A stretch of DNA of 9,079 nucleotides from Octopus sinensis. Its lineage: Eukaryota. The notes below the pieces were generated by a model. It did no database searches. It was not told the DNA's origin and worked only from the letters and a program-made list of their open reading frames with translations. A program made the position numbers and the translations under genes. The stretch is from the NCBI RefSeq assembly GCF_006345805.1, contig NW_021828037.1:1-9079 (forward strand). The letters are read 5' to 3'. This document shows positions 1 through 7,269 of the stretch, in pieces (the stretch's first letter is position 1; each line of letters begins with the position of its first letter).

Positions 1-27
1 GTTGCTAATTCCTCAACAGTCATCATT

Positions 28-328
28 GCTTTCCAGTCGCATGGTTCTGGGTTCAGTCCCACCGCGTGAAACCTTGGGCAAATATATTTTATTATAACCT
101 CGAGCTGACCAAAGTTTTGTGAGTGGATTTGGTAGAAGGAAATTGAATTGAGCTTATCGTATGTGCGAGAATGTGTGCGTGTATGTCTTTGTGCCTGTGT
201 TTGTCCCCCCACAAACCGTGTTGGTTTGTTTACGTCCCCGTAACGGCGGTTCAGCAGAAAGGAACCGACAGAATAACTATCAGGCTTTAATAAAAATAAC
301 TATGGTGGTCAATTCAGGCAACTGAAAA
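28..328 (+). mobile_element. SINE-A copy (tRNA-derived Octopus-type SINE), 5'-truncated and internally deleted
   Basis: B-box-like GGGTTCAGTCC at 49-59, then CCTTGGGCAA...GACCAAAGTTTTGTGAGTGGATTTGGTAGA, a TG-rich spacer and GTCCCCGTAAC...GGTTCAGCAGAAAG. Colinear by eye with the copy at 3939-4320. Confidence 0.85.
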
Positions 329-330
329 CA

Positions 331-419
331 GACATCTGCACAAGATGCCAATCACGGGGAATTGAACACGGAGCCACGTTGTTGAGAAGCAAGCTCCTTA
401 CCACACAGCCACGCCTGCA
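331..419 (-). mobile_element. SINE-A 5' head (tRNA-like region)
   Basis: Reverse complement reads GCAGGCGTGGCTGTGTGGTAAGGAGCTTGCTTCTCAACAACGTGGCTCCGTGTTCAATTCC. A-box TGGCTGTGTGG at 411-401 and B-box GTTCAATTCC at 367-358. Homologous to 28-85 and 5585-5670. Confidence 0.8.
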
Positions 420-431
420 TTCATTCATGCA

Positions 432-432
432 A

Positions 433-477
<45 letters not shown>

Positions 478-554
478 CAACATTATATCATATATATAAA
501 TATACATATATATATACATATATATACATATATTATACATATATATACTAATAT

Positions 555-586
<32 letters not shown>

Positions 587-648
587 ATATCATATATATA
601 TCACATATACACATACACACATGTATATTCTTACGTGTGTGTGTGTGC
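432..648. repeat. (TA)n / (TACA) / (TG)n compound microsatellite
   Basis: Direct reading. Explains the YI-rich ORFs at 379-714 and 483-698. Confidence 0.95.
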
Positions 649-765
649 AAACCTGGAAGAGGTATGAGAGGTAAACTTATAGGTAGGTATTCAGACATAG
701 CGATAGATACATAGAAACATCGATTGACTGAATGATAAGACTAAAAATAGACTGGACGTGGCGGG

Positions 766-840
766 GGGAGAAAAGAACACAGGAAGAGAAAGAAGAGCAA
801 GGAGAAAGAGAAAGAGAGAAAGAAGCAAATAGATAAAAAG
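766..840. repeat. Purine-rich (GA/GAAA) low-complexity tract
   Basis: GGGGGAGAAAAGAACACAGGAAGAGAAAGAAGAGCAAGGAGAAAGAGAAAGAGAGAAAG... Confidence 0.7.
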
Positions 841-1359
841 GAATTTATGCGTCTATTATCTATAAGATGTTTTAGAGCAAGTATTAGAACTCGAAATTTT
901 CACTATCCATCTACTTTAACATTTGATGATGCACTTCAGATGAGGTCAAGGGTGAATAAGTGTGGGTAACTGCTACATAGTTAAATGATACCCGATTGAC
1001 ACACAAACCATCTGTCTTGTGCTTTGATCGTGGCACCAATATGGTGGTAATCGCAATATCACGTGACACTGTGGCAGACGAAACGTCATCTGAGTGCGTT
1101 CCACTTTACTGACTTACATACAAGTCTGTCTCTCTACTTCTCTTCCGTGTAGGTGCGAGGAGAGGGATGGTGTAGATGAATGGATGTACGTATGTGTGTT
1201 GGTATGAAATATATGTACATTTTTATGAGTGCAAGTATACGTGTTCTACGTGCGTTCGTTTGCGACTTGTGATAAAAGTCTACGTGTGAATGTTTCAAGT
1301 TATGAAATTCTTTTATCATTTAATCTTGTTTTTTTTTTTGGGGGGGGGGGGTTCTGTCT

Positions 1360-1565
1360 CTCTTTTCATACTTGCTTCAGTCATAGGACTGCGGCTATAC
1401 TGGGGCACCGCTTTGAAGAGTTGAACCCCAGTATCATGTTTAAGCATGATACTTAATCTACTGGAAACCTTTTTGCTGAACCGTTAAGTTAAGAGGATGT
1501 TAACAAACCAACACCGGTTGTCAAGCGGTGATAGGAACATACATAGACACAAAGACACACACACG
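1360..1565 (-). mobile_element. SINE-A 3' half, diverged
   Basis: TTCAGTCATAGGACTGCGGCTATACTGGGGCACCGC...CCGGTTGTCAAGCGGTG is the reverse complement of 4150-4310 (CGCTTGACAACCG...GCATGGCCGCAGTCAAATGACTGAAAC) and matches 9050-9079. Confidence 0.85.
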
Positions 1566-1693
1566 CGTGTGTGTGTCTTTCAGGGTGATACAGTATTATT
1601 TGAGGGATACTTAGCAACTTTTTCTAGGTAGCCTAACCACTACGAAGAGGTAGCTTGTGGTATCCCTCATTGGTTCGTCCTTTCCACTGATTT

Positions 1694-1726
1694 TAGCTGG
1701 TGGATGCTTGAATATTACAAGAGCCT
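1694..1726 (+). mobile_element. Left stub of the decayed RTE-clade LINE RT fragment (includes the left 20-bp target-site duplication)
   Basis: Translates LVDA*ILQEP, resembling the RTE 'VDEYVYLGQE' segment. 1707-1726 is identical to 2319-2338. Confidence 0.45.
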
Positions 1727-2090
1727 GAATATTCTTTTCTACTCTAGGCACAAGGCACGAAACTTTTGCCAGTCGATTAGATCGACCCCAGAAATGATGA
1801 AAGGCAAAGTCGACCTCGGTGGAATTTGAACTCAGAAATAAAGACAGGCGTAATACCTATTTCTTTATTACCCACAAGGGGCTGAACATAGAGGGGACAA
1901 ACATGGATAGACATAGGTATTAAGTCGATTATATCGACCCCAGTGCTTAACTGGTACCTAATTTATCGACCCCGAAAGGATGAAAGGCAAAGTCGACCTC
2001 GGCGAAATTTGAACTCACAACGTAACGGCAGACGAAATACCGCTAAGCATTTCGCCCGGCATGCTAACGTTTCTGCCAGTTCGCCGTCTT
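1727..2090 (-). mobile_element. SINE-B heterodimer (full head + core + tail-1 fused to truncated head + core + tail-2)
   Basis: Minus strand: A-box-like TGGCAGAAACG (about 2078-2068), B-box GAGTTCAAATTTC (2016-2004), core GTCGACTTTGCCTTTCATCCTTTCGGGGTCGATAAA, second B-box (1833-1821), and end CCTAGAGTAGAAAAGAATA. Same architecture as 6590-6968. The left core has an internal deletion. Confidence 0.9.
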
Positions 2091-2092
2091 TA

Positions 2093-2312
2093 AAATATTA
2101 TTTTCCGCTCTAGGTACAAAGCCCGAAATTTTGGGGGAGGGGGTCAGTCGATTAGATCGACTACAGTACGCAACTGGTATTTAATTTATCGATCCCGAAA
2201 GTATGAAAGGCAAAGTCGACCTCGGCGGAATTTGAACTCAGAAGTAAAGACGGACGAAATACCGATAAGCATTTCACCTGGTGTGCAAACGTTTCAGCCA
2301 GCTCGCCGCCTT
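2093..2312 (-). mobile_element. SINE-B monomer, full length
   Basis: Minus strand starts AAGGCGGCGAGCTGGCTGAAACG, has B-box GAGTTCAAATTCC (2239-2227), the core, and the tail-2 type end TTGTACCTAGAGCGGAAAATAATA. Confidence 0.9.
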
Positions 2313-2318
2313 GAAGAA

Positions 2319-2557
2319 CTTGAATATTACAAGAGCCTAACACGATAATCAGACGACATGAACAATGAGATTTAGCGAAGAAAATCAGGCTGGAGAGCGT
2401 TCAAAGCAGCGGATGATGTGCTGAAAGGGAACCACGACAAACCTCTTCAACTGCACATGACATGCACTATGCAAGTGAAACGTGGGCGACGGCAAAGAGG
2501 GAGGCAGAAAGAGTCATAGAAAAGTCGGAGATGGGAGTCTTCTTGAGAGATTATGTA
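2319..2557 (+). mobile_element. Decayed RTE-clade LINE ORF fragment (C-terminal RT / post-RT region), frameshifted, with stops
   Basis: Three successive frames: MNNEI*RRKSGWRAFKAADDVLKG (from 2358), NLFNCT (from 2440) and YASETWATAKREAERVIEKSEMGVFLRDYV (from 2468). The order matches the RTE motif series EI.RRI..GW.AF...DVL / LF...VLP.M.Y.SETW / AMER.MLG..LRD. Confidence 0.8.
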
Positions 2558-2565
2558 TGTGCGTG

Positions 2566-2568
<3 letters not shown>

Positions 2569-2600
<32 letters not shown>
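2569..2600. repeat. (GA)16 microsatellite
   Basis: Direct reading. Confidence 0.95.
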
Positions 2601-2604
<4 letters not shown>

Positions 2605-2678
2605 AGCCTAACTATGTTTATCTGCATCACTACATCTATATCAGGTTGCCTTGGATTTCTTTTATAGCTGCTTTTGAC

Positions 2679-2740
2679 GCCGTGGTCTTAGCACTGGACG
2701 ATGAATTCGGAATTTAAGTTCAAATCTCAGCATATCTGAC
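2679..2740 (+). mobile_element. Possible ancient tRNA-derived SINE head
   Basis: A-box-like GTGGTCTTAGC and B-box-like AAGTTCAAATC (2716-2726) at SINE-like spacing. No body recognised. Confidence 0.35.
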
Positions 2741-2754
2741 ACACCTAATAGTCC

Positions 2755-2755
<1 letters not shown>

Positions 2756-2836
<81 letters not shown>

Positions 2837-2898
2837 TATATATGTATGATGTAATGTATATATAACACACATACACACACACACATATATATACATGT

Positions 2899-2963
<65 letters not shown>

Positions 2964-2975
2964 TGTATATATAAA
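2756..2975. repeat. (TA)n/(CA)n compound microsatellite
   Basis: Direct reading. Confidence 0.95.
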
Positions 2976-3147
2976 TATATGGTATATTTAAACTGTATTA
3001 TATGTATAGAACACAATACTGCAAAGTAGAATGTGGAATAATTTTAATTCAAAGATTAGTCTGGTGAATCTGTATTTGTCAGGCACCCAGCAGTGAGTAA
3101 GTGTTGTATTATATAATATTTTATTATATCATATACATATATATGCG

Positions 3148-3320
3148 TGGGTGTTGCTCGAAATGAGGAGTAGATAGACAGCCGACAACTGATGAAGGGT
3201 TGGTTCTTTATTTTACTTGTCTTGTTTTCCTTTTGTTTCTCTCGTTGTTTGCGTATCGAAGTCATTTGTTTTCGTATTGCATGTTGTTTACTGTTGTGAT
3301 GTCCTGTATCCATATATGCA
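3148..3320. mobile_element. Interspersed repeat fragment, possibly Penelope-like pLTR/3' region
   Basis: GCTCGAAATGAGGAGTAGATAGACAGCCGACAACTGATGAAGGG followed by a T-rich tract and CCTGTATCCATATATG. Family assignment is from recollection only, and there is no second copy in the window. Confidence 0.3.
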
Positions 3321-3406
3321 TATATATATATATATATATATATTATATAATATATATATATATTATATTATGTGTGTGTGTGTGTATAAATACGTGTGTA
3401 TATCTA

Positions 3407-3472
<66 letters not shown>

Positions 3473-3530
3473 GTATGTACGGATGTATGGTGGATGTAAG
3501 TATGTATGTATGTATGTATGTATGTATACA
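3312..3530. repeat. Compound microsatellite (TA)n-(TG)n-(TCTG)n-(TC)n-(TA)n-(TATG)n
   Basis: Direct reading. Confidence 0.95.
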
Positions 3531-3534
3531 TATA

Positions 3535-3900
3535 CTTGCTGTGTAACCCGTCGTTGCCGGGTCGTTTTTACAATACAATGGCTTGGTGCGCTTTCAGAAT
3601 ATCATACCCACATAAGTTGGATTTTCTCCGTTTTGATGGATTTTTTTCGAATTTTGTTTCACCACATGAAATGATTATGGCTGGGGGAACATTTTATAGA
3701 AACAAAATTTTCGAAAATTTGTGAATGTTTTTTCAAAGTCCCGTCCACTACTCAGTACTGATTTTGGCTGGTGTTTTTGACACTCCGCACTTAAAACAAT
3801 AGGAGAAACCTAGACGGTTAAAAAACATTTTTTGGCAATTGCAATCTCTACTTCCTGTATTTTGAAATAGAAAATTTAGCCTAGTTTAGAAAAAGGGAAA
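3535..3900 (-). mobile_element. Non-autonomous Helitron-like element, 3' end (other boundary uncertain)
   Basis: Minus strand ends ...ACCCGGCAACGACGGGT-TACACAG-CAAG|T. This gives a GC-rich hairpin (3562-3546, ACCCG/CGGGT) 11 nt before a CTRR-like end (CAAG, one mismatch) followed by T. The interior is AT-rich with a 16-bp palindrome at 3705-3720. Confidence 0.55.
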
Positions 3901-3938
3901 TATTTTTTAATGTTTTCATTAACTCACATCCTATATGT

Positions 3939-4320
3939 CCTTGGAAAGTGTCTTCTACTATAGCCTCGAGCCAACCAAAGCCTTGTGGGTGGATTTGGTA
4001 GACGGAAAATGAAAGTATATATGTATGTGTGTGTGTGTGTTGTGTATGTGTGTGTGTGCATGTATGTATGTATGTATGTTTGTATGTATATTTATACATG
4101 TATGTATGTATGTGTGTGTGTTTTTGTGTCTGTGTTTCTCACCCACCATCGCTTGACAACCGATGGTGGCGTGTCTATGTCCCCGTAATATACCGGTTCG
4201 GCAAAAGAGACCAATAGAAGAAGTACTAGGCTTACAAAGAACAAGTCTTGGGGTCGATTTGTCTAACGGTGGTGCTCTAGCATGGCCGCAGTCAAATGAC
4301 TGAAACAAATAAAAGAAAGA
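3939..4320 (+). mobile_element. SINE-A copy lacking the tRNA head, with expanded internal (TG/TATG)n
   Basis: CCTTGGAAAGTGTCTTCTACTATAGCCTCGAGCCAACCAAAGCCTTGTGGGTGGATTTGGTAGACGG...GCATGGCCGCAGTCAAATGACTGAAACAAATAAAAG. Homologous to 28-328, 1360-1565 and 9019-9079. Confidence 0.9.
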
Positions 4321-4349
4321 ATATAGAATATGTACAATCATCTGTGGGC

Positions 4350-4350
<1 letters not shown>

Positions 4351-4402
<52 letters not shown>

Positions 4403-4473
4403 CAAAAACAAGAATGATCGGTAATTTAGTACAATTGTTTCATACTATAACAATTTATTAATGAATGTATAGA

Positions 4474-4531
<58 letters not shown>

Positions 4532-4555
4532 GTATGTATGTATGTATGTATATGC
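4351..4555. repeat. (TA)n, (TG)n and (TATG)n microsatellite blocks
   Basis: (TA)n at about 4351-4397 and a compound block at 4474-4555, separated by AT-rich sequence. Confidence 0.9.
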
Positions 4556-4610
4556 AATATGTGTTTACATATAATGAATATGTATACTTATAGGTATACA
4601 AATAAATATA

Positions 4611-4680
4611 TACGATCCGATTATGGCTTAACTGGCCGAAACTTTGATGTTACTGTTAACATCCTAGTTTAAGAATAAAC
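4611..4680 (+). ncRNA. Degenerate hammerhead-ribozyme-like core (Penelope pLTR-like remnant), probably inactive
   Basis: CCGATTA-T-GGC-TTAACTG-GCC-GAAAC (4617-4642). The first part is CTGATGA with two substitutions, followed by a 3-bp stem II and GAAAC. AATAAA lies at 4674-4679. Stems I and III are not recoverable. Confidence 0.4.
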
Positions 4681-4790
4681 TATACACACACACACTATAT
4701 ATATTATATATATATATTATATATATATATATTATATATATAATATATACTCACACAGAGATGTACTTGCATGCATACATACATACATAC
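4681..4790. repeat. (CA)/(TA)/(CATA) low-complexity microsatellite
   Basis: Direct reading. Confidence 0.85.
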
Positions 4791-4935
4791 ATGCTTTCTC
4801 TCTTATACATATTGGTAAATATATTTTTGTACAAGTATTCAGCAATAAAACATAGCATGAAATTTCAAAGCAATCTCATATGAATATTTAAAATTAGTTT
4901 GACTCGGCTAAAAAGTCAAGGTCCACACATTATAA

Positions 4936-5020
4936 TTAAGTTGTATAATTAAATGTGTGCTTTTCATATGGATACATGGTACTAACAGAAGAACCTCGGT
5001 TTATGGCATGCTGAGGATTC
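4936..5020 (-). CDS. Candidate terminal coding exon of an unknown protein: (R)NPQHAINRGSSVSTMYPYEKHTFNYTT*
   Basis: Strong acceptor CACTATTTCATTCTTTTTAG| at 5040-5021. Open for 27 codons to TAA in the phase-2 frame required by the upstream exon. Non-repetitive sequence. Confidence 0.45.
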
Positions 5021-5356
5021 CTAAAAAGAATGAAATAGTGCTATATATGATTACAACTGACTAGAAATTTTAAGAACTTCACAGTAATAGAGCAAAAAAG
5101 TAAATGTATGTATTCTGCACATCTTTTTCCTTATACATTAACTTCAAATTCAAACTTCCAATCCTTCAAATATTATGAAGAAATAGTTATCTCCCTCGTA
5201 TTAAGGGACACCATGTATATGAAATTATGTATTACCAATTCATCAGCTAATTGTGTTTCCGCGGATCTTTAGCAAATCTTAGCACATTCTGGCGATTTAA
5301 AAATAGGGTGATAATGCTTGCGTATATAATACCAGTAACGCTCGTATATTAATCAC

Positions 5357-5437
5357 CTGTTGATGAAGTCACGGTGTGAATATCTGAGTTTATATACACA
5401 ATTTTGCCAGAAATATGAGTCCATGTTCAGCAAAACG
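5357..5437 (-). CDS. Candidate 81-bp coding exon of an unknown protein: VLLNMDSYFWQNCVYKLRYSHRDFIN(R)
   Basis: Weak acceptor ATTTAATACAG| and donor CAG|GTGATT. Symmetric phase 2-2 with no stop in this frame, and an in-frame TAA just upstream of the acceptor. Splices in frame over a 336-bp GT-AG intron to 5020-4936. Confidence 0.45.
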
Positions 5438-5584
5438 CTGTATTAAATATGTATGCTTATTTTTAATGGATGAACCTCAGCTTATATCTGACCCGTCATT
5501 TCGTTTAAGCGAGTGATATGTATATATATGCTAGTAGGTATATATACATATTACCCGGATATCTCCAAACTACTGGTTGTTAAA

Positions 5585-5725
5585 GACAGAGAGTTGTGAC
5601 GTTGAGAAGTTTGCTTCCCAACCATATTATATAGGGTCCAGCTCCAATGCGCAGCCCCTTGGGCCAGTGTTTTTTTTTAATTGTAATCCCAGGCAGATCA
5701 AAGCCTTGTGAATGGATTGGTGTAT
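5585..5725 (+). mobile_element. Old, diverged SINE-A 5' portion
   Basis: GAGAAGTTTGCTTCCCAACCAT...GGGTCCAGCTCC...CCTTGGGCCAGTGT...GATCAAAGCCTTGTGAATGGATTGGT, colinear with the other SINE-A copies. Confidence 0.75.
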
Positions 5726-5919
5726 GAAATGTTTGCTTCATTTCAATCTCAAAACTGAAATCCTCATCGCGCCTGTTCGTGTAAGAAACATTGCCACACT
5801 GCGCATGTTTGTGTTGTTTACGTATGAATATGTGTATACGCATATGTGCGTGTATGTGTACGTAGATTATGTAGGTATATGCCTTTGTATATTGTTGTAC
5901 AACGTCTTTTATATTAATG

Positions 5920-6008
5920 TTTGTGTGTGTGAGTGTGCATGTTTGTGTACATATGTATATCAAAGTATGTATATAATTCAGCGTGAGTGAGTGTATATGT
6001 ATCGGTGT

Positions 6009-6046
<38 letters not shown>

Positions 6047-6056
6047 TGGTGTGTGT
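5920..6056. repeat. (TG)n-rich microsatellite
   Basis: Direct reading. Confidence 0.85.
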
Positions 6057-6210
6057 GCATGACAGTATTTGCCACCGTTGACATCGACTCGCTACTGTGG
6101 CTTTATTCTAGTAATTTGCGACTAGGTGAATGCTTCAAACAGCAGTATATTATCTTAAGTTGTCTCCGCTGATGTTTCTGCAACTGCATTGCGTTACAAT
6201 GTTGCTTATG

Positions 6211-6211
6211 C

Positions 6212-6253
<42 letters not shown>

Positions 6254-6336
6254 TGTAGTAGTAGTAGTAGTAGTAGTAGCAGCAGCAGTAGTAGTAGTAG
6301 TAGTAGTAGTAGTAGCAGCAGCAGCAGTAGCAGTAA

Positions 6337-6372
<36 letters not shown>

Positions 6373-6376
6373 CAGC

Positions 6377-6423
<47 letters not shown>

Positions 6424-6446
6424 AAGTGGTAGTAGTGGTAGTAGTG

Positions 6447-6482
<36 letters not shown>

Positions 6483-6511
6483 TAGTAGTAGTAGTAGCAG
6501 CAGCAGCAGTA
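6211..6511. repeat. About 300-bp (TAG)n trinucleotide repeat with CAG/TGG variants
   Basis: Direct reading. Explains the poly-V and poly-Y ORFs. Confidence 0.97.
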
Positions 6512-6589
6512 ATTTCTGAGATCGACTCTCGGTCACAAATTTGTCAATAAACATTACAGTTGCTTTAGTCCACTGCAAGGCATAAATTA

Positions 6590-6968
6590 CATTTTCTACT
6601 CTAGGCACAAGGATCGAAATTTTGGGGAAAAAGGCCAGTCGATTAGATCGACCCCAGTACGCAACTGGTACTTAATTTATCGACCCCGAAAGGATGAAAG
6701 GCAAAGTCAACTGCGGCGGAATTTGAACTCAGAACATAAAGACAGAAGAAATACCTATTTCTTTACTACCCACAAGGGGCTAAACACAGAGGGGACAATC
6801 AAGGAAAAATAAACGGAGTAAGTCGATTATATCGACCCCAGTGCGTAACTGGTACTTATTTAATCGACCCCGAAAGGATGAAAGGCAAAGTCGACCTCGG
6901 CGGAATTTGAACTGAGAACGTAGCGGCAGACGAAATACCGCTAAGCATTTCGTCCGGCGTGCTAACGT
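6590..6968 (-). mobile_element. SINE-B heterodimer, second copy (about 20 nt missing from the 5' end)
   Basis: Two cores and two B-boxes (6914-6902 and 6730-6718). Junction GAAATAC|CTATTTCTTTACTACCCACAAGGGG at 6754/6755, equivalent to 1856/1857. Confidence 0.92.
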
Positions 6969-7009
6969 ATCAGTAAAGTTGTATCAATAGCATACTGGTT
7001 TATCTAACC

Positions 7010-7226
7010 ATGATGATGATGAGGAGGATGATGATGATGATCCTTTCCACAATAAGCACAAGGCCTGGAATTGGAGAGAGCATAGTCGACCATATGGACC
7101 CTAGAGATTGACTGGTACATAATTTATCGACGCGGAAAGGATGAAAGGCAAAGTCGACCTCGGTTGAGTTTGAAATCAGAGCGTAAAGACAGATGAAATG
7201 CTGCTTAGCATTTTGCCTGGCATCTG
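7010..7226 (-). mobile_element. Older SINE-B monomer with (ATC)n tail
   Basis: (GAT)n at 7010-7041 abuts CCTTTCCACAATAAGCACAAGGCC. Core GGAAAGGATGAAAGGCAAAGTCGACCTCGG and head remnant GCTTAGCATTTTGCCTGG are present. Confidence 0.85.
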
Positions 7227-7269
7227 ATGCGAAACTAATCAATGACTCCCATCGCTGTGGCATCGGATC

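Noticed and set aside
331-419. tRNA gene calls for A/B-box regions (also 2000-2090, 2225-2312 and 6900-6968)
   Set aside because: No intact cloverleaf or anticodon arm, and each continues into a SINE body.
1125-1190. Plus-strand splice-acceptor-like tract CTCTCTACTTCTCTTCCGTGTAG| (AG at 1151-1152)
   Set aside because: The following sequence is short and low-complexity, with no convincing frame or partner exon.
1329-1351. T11-G12 homopolymer run (G-quadruplex candidate)
   Set aside because: A single G run next to a SINE tail, prone to sequencing error, with no supporting context.
1772-2312. CRISPR-like appearance of recurring palindromic repeats
   Set aside because: Eukaryotic context, and the 'spacers' are homologous SINE sequence rather than unique.
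3155-3200. Hammerhead from CGAAA (about 3160) and CTGATGA (3189-3195)
   Set aside because: The order would need a type II fold, but stems I, II and III cannot be paired in a valid topology.
3705-3720. 16-bp palindrome AAATTTTCGAAAATTT
   Set aside because: Low-complexity AT palindrome inside the putative Helitron body, with no independent evidence of function.
6059-6190. Possible upstream exon for the candidate minus-strand gene
   Set aside because: No open frame bounded by credible AG/GT sites with a phase-2 donor.
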